This document shows, in pieces, positions 27,041-38,496 of a DNA stretch of 64,000 bases. Each line of letters begins with the position of its first letter. Positions within the stretch are counted from its first letter, which is position 1. Under the pieces are notes generated by a model. That model was not told the origin of the DNA. It did not search any database and saw nothing but the letters and a program-made list of their open reading frames with translations. The translations under genes and the position numbers were made by a program. Source of the DNA: Balanoglossus misakiensis (lineage: Eukaryota; Animalia; Hemichordata); contig CM082580.2 in NCBI GenBank assembly GCA_040954595.2, positions 14,024,289 through 14,088,288 on the forward strand, written 5' to 3'.

Positions 27041-27494
27041 GTAAGTCGTGCGTCCAAAGTCTGCAGAGAATCAACGTTCATGTTCAGTGGTTATCCCCAT
27101 GTTGTATAGCTTTGCTGTGTTATTCTTTTCTTCTCGATGAGGCCTTGCTCGCTTCGTCTTTGCCACGGTCATGATCGTTGGTGTGTGTCGTAAAACAGTG
27201 TTGTCTGCCGAAGTTTTCAGACTTCATGAACACACAAAAACTGTATATAATAACGTTTGTGTCGACCCGACAACTGCACATATTCCGTACACTTTGTAAA
27301 CTACACACTGTACACTCTGGCAAGCTTCTGTTGCTAATGACTACTTTTTTCTCTCTTTTGTTGTGGCACCAGTCATCCCCCAAGGTCACTGCATCAAATG
27401 CACGCAATCTTGGCTGTGCTGCCATATGCACGTGTAGCTGTGACCTTGTCTGTTCCTGATGGAAATCAATCTATAGGTACTCGTTCTGTAAATA

Positions 27495-27515
27495 CCACCA
27501 CCACCACCACCACCA
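27495..27515. repeat. (ACC)n microsatellite
   Basis: accaccaccaccaccaccacc. Confidence 0.85.
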
Positions 27516-28024
27516 TTTTAGATGTTAGTCTAGCTGCCCCCTGAGTGTTTTGTGTAGTAACTATCACATACGGTATGATGTCGTACATTTAGTTATAGAA
27601 TAGTATGAAGAAATTAATCAAGTCAATATAAATTTTGGTTCAAAGATGTAGTTTTGGACCACAATTTCAGTTTATTAATTTGACTTAATTCAGCTAGATT
27701 ATCTTCACCGTTCATGTGACTTAAATTGCTGTAGTTTTTTTTACGTACACTGTCATACCGTGGCTGACACCTTGGTAGTCCCCTTCCTATAAAAGAGAAA
27801 CGTATGCATGAGCATGCCATAGCAACCATCAGGCGTATGCATGTCCACTCCGGTATAATTCTTATCGTGCATGTTTCCTTATAAGCACAAGCTTCAGATG
27901 CTCCCGTGCAAAAGACACTTTGCTGTAACATTTTGTCTGTAAATCTGTTCGGTGTGCATCACTAACTTTGCAGTGCAACTTCACTTCAGCGTAGGGCAGC
28001 ACTAAATTCTATGTCTACAGGAAC

Positions 28025-28313
28025 AGTAGCTGAAACCTTTGATCATTTTTCGTTTACATTTTCACATTTACCGACGGCAGGTTTTTGTGTCATACAGTAC
28101 ATTATGATAGAACCCCAAACATAGAATTAGTTGTTATCGTAAAACTATAGGACAGTAACAATAGATTTCGTTAGTTCACTTTGACTTGGATTTTGCAAAG
28201 TTTCATGAAAATATGAATTTTTTTTCTGTATAAATCCATTGGAGACAGAGAAATTCAATGGTTATGCGGCACATCATATAAATGTCTGAAAAATATCAAA
28301 GGTTAACACTACT
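28025..28313. mobile_element. MITE-like non-autonomous DNA element (~290 bp, degenerate TIRs)
   Basis: Left AGTAGCTGAAACCTTTGAT (28025-28043) versus right ATCAAAGGTTAACACTACT (28295-28313): 15/19 inverted match, with flanking T/A tracts also complementary. A similar left end (AGCAGTCGCTGTAACCTCTGAT) occurs at ~35915. No clear TSD. Confidence 0.5.
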
Positions 28314-31300
28314 ATAACTGTATATTGACTAAATGGAGCCATCGCTGTTGCCTATAGCCAGACCACGACATCAACAATCGATTCGTGATCGCTGTCGAGC
28401 TCTAAGCCCTAGAAGCTTCAATCCTTTAATGTCGTCTCGAAGATTTGGTTCAATCATTTTGCACATCGAGATCTAGAGAGAATACATGTCTGTGCATTTG
28501 GGGTAAATTTCAGTCAGATGTACAAATAATGCCAGTTGGAAAATATGTGGACGAGATGATGCAAATTTGAGCTACTGGGGCTTTTTTCGGCATAACGTAA
28601 AAACAATGTATTGCTTTCTTACGAAGCATCCTCTCTATTCTGTTCAATAGATTCGTATGAATTCGATCTGCGATGCCGCCGGTGATAAAAATCAAAATTG
28701 TACTGACATTACGGCAGTGTAGAAACCATGGACTCGTGCGACTGTTTAATGTCGAGGATTTTTTTGCTGCAGTTCAACCACAAGCAGCTTTCGAATTGCG
28801 AAGATTTACATTTCCGATGAGTGGTTGATCGAGGGAAGATTGTAATACGCCCTCTATATTTCTCTGGCAGTATCAGACTGGTCTCCCGTGGTTACAGAGA
28901 ATGCTGCATGAAAATACCCGCCGATAGTTTTGGGATTGGGGGGAGAAAGTTTAACTGGAAGTGATCACGGGTAAAAACATAAGTTGCCTTGAGTTCAATT
29001 TATTTATAGTAACAACAGAAACATTTACCTGATGTTGACAGGGAAAGTTTACCGATCGTCTGGTTTCGTCAAACTTTTAACCTAAACACCATTCATCGGT
29101 TAATAGTTCAAGTTTCCTTAAGTACCATCTCCATTTTAAAAAATCAGCTAAATTCCTTTCCAATCGACTGCTATGTCTCGCAGAAAAAGATAGTTTTTAC
29201 CACAGTGGAATTGTCTCCAAGATACAGGATACAGGGATTCAATGCACAAATGATCTTGGTGGTGTGATTTCTACCTTAATGAATCAATAACTCACTATCG
29301 ACTCGAGCTTTCCGTATCGAACTTTTTTTTCAAACTACGAGCATTTTTTTTAATTCCACATTAGCGAAGATGGACATCATGTTAGGACATGTAGCTTGTT
29401 ATACTCGGTCTCAGTTCAATTCTTCTGGTGGTGTACACTTTATGGCATTGGGTAACACTATTGTACAGATGTATGAATGGGTTTGCATGTATAATGATGT
29501 AATAGTACTAAATATTTATCAACGTATAATTTTGTCTATTTTGAACTAGGACCATCGTTTTCATTTCAAAGTTCTTGAAAAAGCTTTACTCGAAAACAGG
29601 AATCTATATCGTAAAAATGATTGAAGGCCATCAGAAATAATCCCAGACTTAATGTTAAGCGTATAGTAATAGAACTATATACGAGTAAAACTGAATCCTA
29701 ACCCCAAATCCGAGTTTTCCATAAACTATTCGTACTATATAAGTTGCTTGCTCAACATGTCAAAGAATACTTCATTTAAGGGTATTTCGTTTGACGGACA
29801 CTTTATAAAGCATATAGCTACTATAAAATATCCTTCCTGTGATTAACGTTTGTTTTTAAGTAAGGTGAATTACATGATAATGATTGTACATTAATAGATA
29901 CAATAGTTCACAATGATATTACAATTCAATCCATGTAAATATGTCTTGTTACTTCAGTATAATGTTGCCTTATCTGTGGCATGATGAGCCACTTCCCAAT
30001 GTAATATAACGCCTTCAAGTTGGTTATACGTGAAGCAGATCACTTCAATAACCACCACATGATATTTATGTTCTAAAGTTTGTTGCTACGGGAATATTTA
30101 TTGTTTACTGTGTTGTTGATGAAAGATACATTATTAATAAAAGTAATCAATGTTACTGATATACATATTGGATAAACTGTGTGCTGCGGCCTACCTACCT
30201 ACATCAATTTCCAACAAACACAACCACCCACCCACCCACCTACCAACCAACCAACCAACATACACAAACATACATGCATGTGGAGTGCAGGTCGTCATAC
30301 AGATCCTGACTTATCAAACGAAACTATATTTTTGTAGATTAGCGCCCTCTCTAGTTGAAGATGGGTTTCGTAACAGCGATAAATGCGTAAACAACTGAAA
30401 AACTGGAATACACTGTAAGGCTGGACGGTTTGATGGCATTTCATCGTTAACATTGTTCACAGCGCCCCCACACTTAACACAGTTTGGTTATTGTCTTCTT
30501 GTCTGTGCATTATCTATGCCAAAATCATATTGGCGCCATGACATTGTCGATTTACGTATTCTGTAGGGAAATTAATATAATTATTTACTTTCCAGATTCT
30601 ATTTAATATTTTGGTAGCTTGGCGGATATTGTAGATGTATCTATTAAGCTGTTTACATATAATCTCAGCTTCAGTTGCTGTTTCCTAGTTCATCTCTCAC
30701 ACCATTGTACAAAGTAGTATGTGTCTGTGTCAGATAAACATGTTCAATTCACATTTTGTGTGTGTGCTACACGGCCAACTAAACATGAAAACTGATGTAA
30801 GATACACAAATATTACTGTTCATCATATAAAGAAGTCTTGAGCCTGATGAGGCATTAACGCATAATATTCCACCCCTTCTCCGCTACATTTGTGGGAATG
30901 ATCTACGACTCGAGATAACTTTGGCTTTCTTGATGGCACAAGCGCGAACGTAAATTGTCTTCGAGAGAAAGTAGGTCAGAAAAGCATCTGCAGACACAGT
31001 GTCTGTCCCTCAGGGAGTAAAGATGAACTGAACGAGACAGGAATGAGGGAAAACTTAATGACACAACACTGAACGATAACATTTCGAATAGTGCAGTCCA
31101 CTTTATATCCAGTTCCATCGTTTGCGAATAAGTACATGTTCCTTTCGCCTACACTTTTTGTCACTCAAACCTCGGCAGACGACATTTTATAAGATGGAGA
31201 GACTGCACTCCAAATTTGAGTGGAGTTTGTGTTTATTCAGACACCATCACACGGCGGAATACATGTTTTCACCCGAGGAGCGGGTTTACCTTCCGTGCAA

Positions 31301-31840
31301 CATCTACAAAGGCAGAGAGTAATCACTACTCTTCACTTTGAGGAGTTCGACGGATGTAGTTGTCAGGTTTGCTTGCGAAGACCAAGACAGTCACGTGACA
31401 CACCCCAGATTAATAACTTGCTGTATTTAGACTGAAGGGACATCGGATAGGACCGACAGTTTAATATGTTCCATACCTCTTATCTTCAAACCTATCGTAG
31501 ATCGTTCCTGTGTTACCATAGCAACGGAAACACCCTGAAAGGCACGATCGTTTCTAATTATCTATTTCAAGCTTTCAATATATCTACGCCATGCATCTGG
31601 GCATTGCTAGGTCTGTTTTTTTTTATTAATATACATGATTACACACTCATTATACGCTTCAATCTGTAACATACCGCGACTAGGGATAACAAGGTTTTAT
31701 TTTGTAGAAAATTCCTGTGTGTACAATCTTAACAATTTGGCTAGGGTCTAAGATAAGATAAATAATTTATATAGCGCCTAGCATCCATCAGCACTAGTGC
31801 TTTACAAATGATCACAGGTATGCTAAGTCTTAAGCTTTTG

Positions 31841-31902
31841 TCTGAAACATGGAGTACCTCCATGGTCCGAAGCATAGACAGTATTACTGTCTATGTCTGA
31901 AG
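31841..31902. mobile_element. Two tandem micro-palindromes with CAT...ATG ends, separated and flanked by a 7-bp direct repeat (transposon footprints)
   Basis: TCTGAAA-[CATGGAG tac CTCCATG g]-TCCGAAG-[CATAGACAGTA t TACTGTCTATG]-TCTGAAG. Confidence 0.55.
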
Positions 31903-34802
31903 GTACAAATGTTAGAAGCTGATCGAATACTGAGCCGGTTTATAGTTTCTTCCAGAGAATTGATTTCCTGGAATCGATAAAATGTTGTTTACGTCTGTCT
32001 CAAAAAGGTCACCTCCTTACACACTGGCCGACAGACCTAATACATTCACTACAGGAAAACGTCGATTTTGTCTCTTTTCAAGGGAAATTTTTTGGCTGGC
32101 AGTTGGAGCCGTTCCACATTCTCGTTTAACTTTTTCATCTTGATCCCCATGTCCTATTTGTTTAGGAGTCTCTCAAATGCCCTGTCGGCATGCCAATAGC
32201 CAGCATAGTTGGACGACAGTAAAAAAGTGTCCACTAATTTGACGACACGGAAGCGATGAATCACTTTGACAGCTATATTATATATTGCTATTAATTTCAC
32301 TAAGTGCTACAATACGTTGATGTATTTTCCACCCAGGTGATCTCATATTTTGCAATAAGGCCTCAATTTCATACGATAATGTTGTTGGAGGTTTAATAAC
32401 TCATCAAATCTGATACAGGAAATGTAATCTGTCAACATAGTCTACACTCAGTTGGTCCAAAGATACTTCTGTCATCATTCGCGCTCAGAGGGTTCACGAA
32501 CTCTTTACTTTAATATAATAACAGCTTGTAATTTTTGAAGAACTTGAAACGTTTCAACAGGTATTTTGTTGAGTTATTCAACGAAGTCAAGTTGAAGGTT
32601 GGCGTTACATAATTTACAGCAGGGTCGAAGAATGACCCCCTAACTTACTCCCAGAATGTGCCGTCGGATGGGCCACTCGATCTCCAAAACATATCTAAAC
32701 ATCCAAATAGACCAAATCATGGGTCCAATATAACATAGAACTGTTCTGATTCTCTTGTCACATGCTACAGAACAGCGATGATGGTCGTAATCTAGTTCAC
32801 ACGCAACTAGAATGTTGTAAATCTGCTACATGAGTATTGACATAAAATAGATATATTTAATGCTTTCGCGGAAATATCACATTATAATAGCTGCCTTTGT
32901 GACTTCTTCTGAAATTCGAACTGACATCAAAATGTCAATACATAATAGTTTTGGAAATCATTAGCTACAAGTTGGCGGATTAAAATTTGATCATACCGGC
33001 GCCATTTTGAACTGTAACGGTGTTTTTTTCATCTCGCCTACCCAACCTCTCGCGGGATTAAAAATTTAACGATGTAATGTTGATACCGCGTGATCAAAGC
33101 AACATGTGTGTTTACCTTTCCTGCTCAGAACATATCAATCACAGAATTTAAATTGGAAGAAAATCGAAAATTTCTTGTGACGTATTCGGAGAGTCGGAAT
33201 AGGGAAAAAAAACATAACGTGGCTGTCATTTACATTGTAAAGCCATCAATTCTAATTCATCGCGTAAAATCATGAAAGTAACATTATTTTAGTGGGAGTT
33301 GAAAATCGATGAGATAGATCACTGTGAAATAGATCGATAGAAATGGTTGTGTTCGACGTGTGACCTTTTCTGTATTGATGATACAAATTCAATTTACCAC
33401 TCTCATCTGCATCATAGATAGAGGAAAAATCCACTGTAGGAAAATCCCCTTGTCATGTGAGTGCCTACATGGATCTCCATGTGTTGGGTATACATGTACT
33501 TACAAGTGCTTGCAGTCGAAATGGGCAAATTCTATATCTGTTCACTCTGTTTCTGCTAATGATGCGGTTTTGTGGCTACTATAGAATCTTTGGAATCGGT
33601 GGCTAATTGTGTCAATATTTCAAAGCCCAGGGTTAAATGATATAAAAATGACATTGCAAATCAAAAGCGTGGCTAGCGGCTAAACAACCATCACCGCCAG
33701 ACAAATTTGGCCAATTACGATTTGAGAAGCTAGTGCCTCTGGAGATGTCGATAAATATTGCAGAAAATCGTTATACAAAGTGACTGGCAAACTGATCTAT
33801 AACTGCCTAGTTTTTTAAAGTTCCCAAAATGTTTCTGCCTGTTGCACATGCGTATTGCCATGAAAGCAGAAATGCAGTGTTTGGTTCAAACGGAAAGGGG
33901 CATGGCATTTCAGTTTTATTATAATATCGCTGTTTTGCTGTTTTCGACAGAGCACAACTGACAGAGGGTGCCTCCAGCGCACCATTCACAGTTTCATACA
34001 TAGTGAATGTTAAAAACAGGATATATCATTCGGTACATCCCTTCTCAAGTGCACGCCTTCAGGTCTCTTGACTCTTGTTCATGGATTTGACCGTGTGTTT
34101 GTTTTGTTCGTCGATTGTCTGTAATTGTGTTTGTATCGTGGATGTGTTGCTATGACTACAACGCAAGATCACTGATTGAGGTCCTGGTTTATCCTGCACC
34201 GGTCGAAACATCCCTCCAGAGTATTAGCAAGAGAGGTATAACAGTCAGAATCTCAAAACCCCCCATGTAATACATTTTATCTCAAGTCTGTGGTTTAATC
34301 ATTACACATCCATCGCATGACTGTGTGCCGGAGATTGAGTTGAACCCCGTGCAGCAGTAAAATATAATACACATGCCTCCTGGGATGAGCTCCATCACGT
34401 TTTGCGAAAGAGAAGATCAAACAAGCGGGGCTGGCGAGTATAAGATTGCAGCGTCCGATTTGAATATGATTGGACTTCCACACATGAGTATTGAAATAGA
34501 CGGTGGTGTGGATTCCAGACAATCTATGTCCTCGCGCATATACGGTAGACATCGCACATTGTACCGAACGATGATTACTAAAACATCGCATAACGTGAGA
34601 TCTAGTTGATAGAGTTCAGTCTATAAAGCGTTATGATACAACAGGAAATTCGACAGTGAATTAAACGCCAGCTGATCAAAACACATGAAAGCTATCATGG
34701 AGAATTATCGCTTGCAAAAAATTGAAAATGGGTCACGGCTCCGAGATTACTGTTCAGTGATTCTATTGTAAGAGGTCAGTCTCAAATTTTCAACAGTTTG
34801 CT

Positions 34803-34834
34803 GGTTGGTTGGTTGGTTGGTTGGTTGGTTGGTT
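34803..34834. repeat. (GGTT)8 microsatellite
   Basis: Direct reading. Confidence 0.9.
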
Positions 34835-36370
34835 CATAGACCCTGGAAAGCGAAGAAACGTATTGATTTTATTTTTATTCATTTTACGTTCATTAAAAAA
34901 TCGCGAAAACGGCGAAATGAAGAATGTTTGCAGAAATGTCGAAGAATTGTTTTAATGTAAAATGTTATATGGATGTACCCGCGCGGTATATCTGTGAAAG
35001 GGCTGGTTATAGAAAGGCATAGAGCAATTTCGTATTGGTATGGGATGTCGTCTTGTATAAGCATTATCCAAATTCAAACAATCTATTTCGCAGGAGGTTT
35101 TAACATTTCAATGAGCGTTCAGACTACATACTTGGCTATCTGATTGAGAGAAGAAATGTAGGCCGACCAACAGAGAGCGCATGGGGAAAGACCAACAGAC
35201 AACAAAAGAAGGGAATAGAAAAGGATATGATGGGAAGGGACGGAACCGGATGGGAAGGGATAAGCAAAGAATAATCGCAGACAGATGGAAATTCAACTCA
35301 ATGGGAACCTTCCCTACTGGCACTGAGACATAATATAGCTGAAAAGAACTGTTTAGGTCTCAAATTATAATACTGACTTACACATCAAAGCTGTAAAACA
35401 TGGAAGAAATCAAAGACGGGATCTCGTAACATGCCACATTATTTAATGTCTCTTTTTACAATATTCCTCGGCAATATTACAAGCGTTAATTTACAGAAAA
35501 GTAGACAATGTGTTGACCTCCTCCTGTTTTAAAACACATCATGCGTCATGTCGCCGGACGAACTTGCACTAATTCCTTGAAGTCTCTTGATGACAATTGT
35601 TGACTCTGCGTCGTGAGTTATCTGTTCCACTCGGTGTGAATGGATTTTCTTCGGATTCAAAGGTCACGCAAAAGGACGTTTGAAAGGCATTTGATAGGTC
35701 CATTAGCGAACGTTCGTTCGTCTCCGCCGAGACAGTCAGTCTCCTGGGTTTGAGGAGCTTCATCATTACTCCCTTCCCTGTTGCTGACTGATATATTTGT
35801 TGTTTATATGTGATTGAGCAACTCCCCTGCTAATCCCTCGTTTAAGGTAAATTATGAGTCTTCTAAGGCTATTTCGAGAATTCGGATGCTGAGACGACAA
35901 AGTACGATATTAAGAGCAGTCGCTGTAACCTCTGATGTTGTTTTCTGTATACTTCAAGTTGTTAACCAGTAAAATGTGGAATTTCACCCATTGCACTCAA
36001 TCCGACAAATAATTTGCTCTGAAGGATTGGTAGCAGAATACATTGTATGGTAAAGTTGTGCTGAATTTTATAGACAATGTGTCAATGAAATCAGACAATG
36101 AGTGTTCCTAGGCATGTGATGTAGAACAAAAACATGTCCTAGAAGAAACGTACAGATGTTACATTGTTACGACACTTTTTAAAAAAATGTTTACAAACTT
36201 CGTGGAAATGAACAAACATGTATAAAGCTTATCACATTAAAATTCACATTGTGAAGTAAACATAGTTTAATTTAAATTTCAAAGAAAACGCCGTTAATTG
36301 TATATAGCAGACGATTTAGTGAGTCATTGACTATATAATAGTCCTTGATTTACAATAATTAAATAATAAA

Positions 36371-38041
36371 TTAACTTGTATGACTTGATGGACACGTCGA
36401 ATCTAAATTATCCAGTCCCCTTTCCGTAAGGCAATTTGAGAGAGAATCCCCACTTGTCCTGTCTTCGTGACGTTCTTGATCACATCCCTCGGGGCTGCAG
36501 GATTTCCTGATAGAGTCCAGTTCATTACTTTTCAAAGCAGAAGACTTCAATGTCCTGCGTTTCTTCTTCTTTCCCATCACATGTACCGTCGCCCGCGTTG
36601 TCGCCACTGTCTTCCGGGGCGCAATTTGGGGTTCTTCCTTCTTCAAGATGGGTCTGTCTCCTCCGAAGGTCATCCTCCTCCGCTCGAAGACGCTCTCCAC
36701 GGTCAGAAACGGCGAGCCAGACACGGAGGCCTTCGGCGATTCCGACATTTCACCGACCCGCTCCAGATTCTGACCCCTGGTGGGACTTGCCCAAGACTCT
36801 TGCACAGTGATACTTCCAGAGTGGTACTCAAAGTTACAACCGTTATTCAGTTCTCCCAACATGATGACAGAAAGTCTGTGAACACTGCGTTTCCTCTGTT
36901 GTATTTCATTGTCTATCTCTGTGGGCGGTTTCGATGTACTTCTTTTTCTCTCCATAGCCATTTGTTCCAGCTCTCTATCTGTCTCCCTGGTGATTGTTAC
37001 CATGACATTGGGGATCTGGATGTCAGCAGGGGCCACTGATCCATGGTTGTGATTGGTGGATCGAAAGCCTGCCAAAGTTTCATTGGCCAAAGGTGGCGTG
37101 GTTTCTCTCGCTATGGGACCACGACAAAATATAATCCTCAAAATGCTTTTGTAGTATGCTCTGTTAGCGACCGCGTACAAGAGAAAGTTGGAGATGGGAC
37201 TTGAGCAGGCCAGCATGGCTGCCATTGAGACCACTACTACAGGTACATCGTTACCAAGGAAACCGAGACAGATTGAAATGATGTGAAATGGCATCCAGGA
37301 GACGCAGAAGGCCATTAAAACGGCAAACATTAAACTATTTGTCTTCTGCTCAACTTTGAGTAATTTGGTCTTGCCAACATGTCCACGATCCATGACCCGA
37401 GAGTGCTCCATGATGACCTTGTAAATTTGAAAGTAGAAAACCGACATCATTGTCAGCGGCAGAACAAACACCATTGCCATTAGGAAGGCACGATAAGTCC
37501 AGTCTTGAGACACTCCTGTCCGACAGACGACAAGAACTTCCGGACTGTATGTACCCCAGCCGAAAAGAGGCGCGATGGAGCACATGCTGGAAATGATCCA
37601 TGTCAGAGGTATCAGTAAACCCGCTCTTTTCATCGAAGAAAAGTAAGTACACTTGGGCTTCACAACACTGAGGTACCGATGCATGCTGATGCAGACTTTC
37701 GTTGTGATGGACACACAGGCAAAGAAGAGCATGAAGAGTCCGCTTAGTTTCAACGAGAGCGTGGCGTCTGCGTCGATGTCGATGGTGTAGATGAGTAGAA
37801 GTGTTGGGCAACTGACGAGTGTGAAGCACAAGTCTGAAATGGCAAGAGAGAACACTAAGATGTTGTTTGGAGTTTGTAGAATATTGCAGCGGAGGAATAC
37901 AATGGCGGCAGTGGCGTTAACCAGGATGGATGTGACACCGATTAATGTTGTGAGGACTGCGAAGAGCACATTCTGCCAGTTTGATGTCTCTTCACAGATG
38001 TAGTTCAAGCCTCCGACTAAAGTATGGTTAAAGTCTGTCAT
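36371..38041 (-). CDS. Class A (rhodopsin-family) orphan GPCR, opsin-like but lacking the retinal-binding Lys; 556 aa, single coding exon, long C-tail
   Basis: Seven hydrophobic segments with N1.50 (N42), LAISD (D2.50), HRY (R122 = 3.50), W4.50, PLFGWGTYSPE..C, P5.50/Y5.58 (VLPL..FY), FCVSWMP and SNFLLY. N-terminal sequon NHT; good Kozak context (cgcgccATG). Confidence 0.93.
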   Translation of the reverse strand: MTDFNHTLVGGLNYICEETSNWQNVLFAVLTTLIGVTSILVNATAAIVFLRCNILQTPNNILVFSLAISDLCFTLVSCPTLLLIYTIDIDADATLSLKLSGLFMLFFACVSITTKVCISMHRYLSVVKPKCTYFSSMKRAGLLIPLTWIISSMCSIAPLFGWGTYSPEVLVVCRTGVSQDWTYRAFLMAMVFVLPLTMMSVFYFQIYKVIMEHSRVMDRGHVGKTKLLKVEQKTNSLMFAVLMAFCVSWMPFHIISICLGFLGNDVPVVVVSMAAMLACSSPISNFLLYAVANRAYYKSILRIIFCRGPIARETTPPLANETLAGFRSTNHNHGSVAPADIQIPNVMVTITRETDRELEQMAMERKRSTSKPPTEIDNEIQQRKRSVHRLSVIMLGELNNGCNFEYHSGSITVQESWASPTRGQNLERVGEMSESPKASVSGSPFLTVESVFERRRMTFGGDRPILKKEEPQIAPRKTVATTRATVHVMGKKKKRRTLKSSALKSNELDSIRKSCSPEGCDQERHEDRTSGDSLSNCLTERGLDNLDSTCPSSHTS

Positions 38042-38456
38042 GGCGCGGCCAATAATCCACCTGTTGCGACTTAAGGCATCAAAGACGAGTCGTTCACATG
38101 CCAGATGACTCCGTGCAATGCAGAAAACGGCGGTTCAGGTCCAAAAAGAAATCACAACAAACGCGAAAATGTCAGAAGTATCACGTGGTACGTCAACCTC
38201 AGGTGATGTTGTAACAGTTATCTCCACATTGTCAAGAGACGTATAACACTGTGTAATCACCAACGTCACCACGTGTCACATTACCAATCAAATGTTAAAC
38301 CAATCCGGTCACTGCAACCCAATTGGCGTTGCTTCCATCGACGTTTATTATTGGTGGTCGGTCTCTTTTCATGTGCGGTTGTTGTGGCGACCTGTTATAG
38401 CCTGCGACATGCAGTTATACAGATAAGCTTTGTCTTTCGATAGCATTTATCAGTCA

Positions 38457-38496
38457 TCTGTAGAAAATAAATAAATAATGGGAAAGTAAATAAATA
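38457..38496 (-). other. Likely splice acceptor in the 5' UTR of the class A GPCR gene
   Basis: The minus strand reads ctttcccattatttatttattttctacag|atgactg, which puts about 416 nt of UTR in the coding exon and implies an upstream non-coding exon. A candidate donor AAA|GTAAGT lies at 44237/44236. Confidence 0.45.

Noticed and set aside
30900-31435. Cluster of short overlapping ORFs between the two GPCRs
   Set aside because: All under 75 aa, with no recognisable domain or consistent splice chain.
34373-34609. 78-aa ORF as a distal C-terminal exon of the class B receptor
   Set aside because: In-frame TAA at 34358-34360 just after the nearest AG, no pyrimidine tract, no motif support.
37697-37699. 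K115 as a relocated retinal Schiff-base lysine
   Set aside because: Position 3.43 lies on the cytoplasmic half of TM3, below the retinal pocket, and there is no acidic residue at 3.28 (Ser100).
36467-38003. ORFs 36467-37039(+), 36550-36810(+), 37350-37829(-), 37791-38003(+)
   Set aside because: Shadow frames of the GC-richer GPCR CDS with no recognisable motifs.
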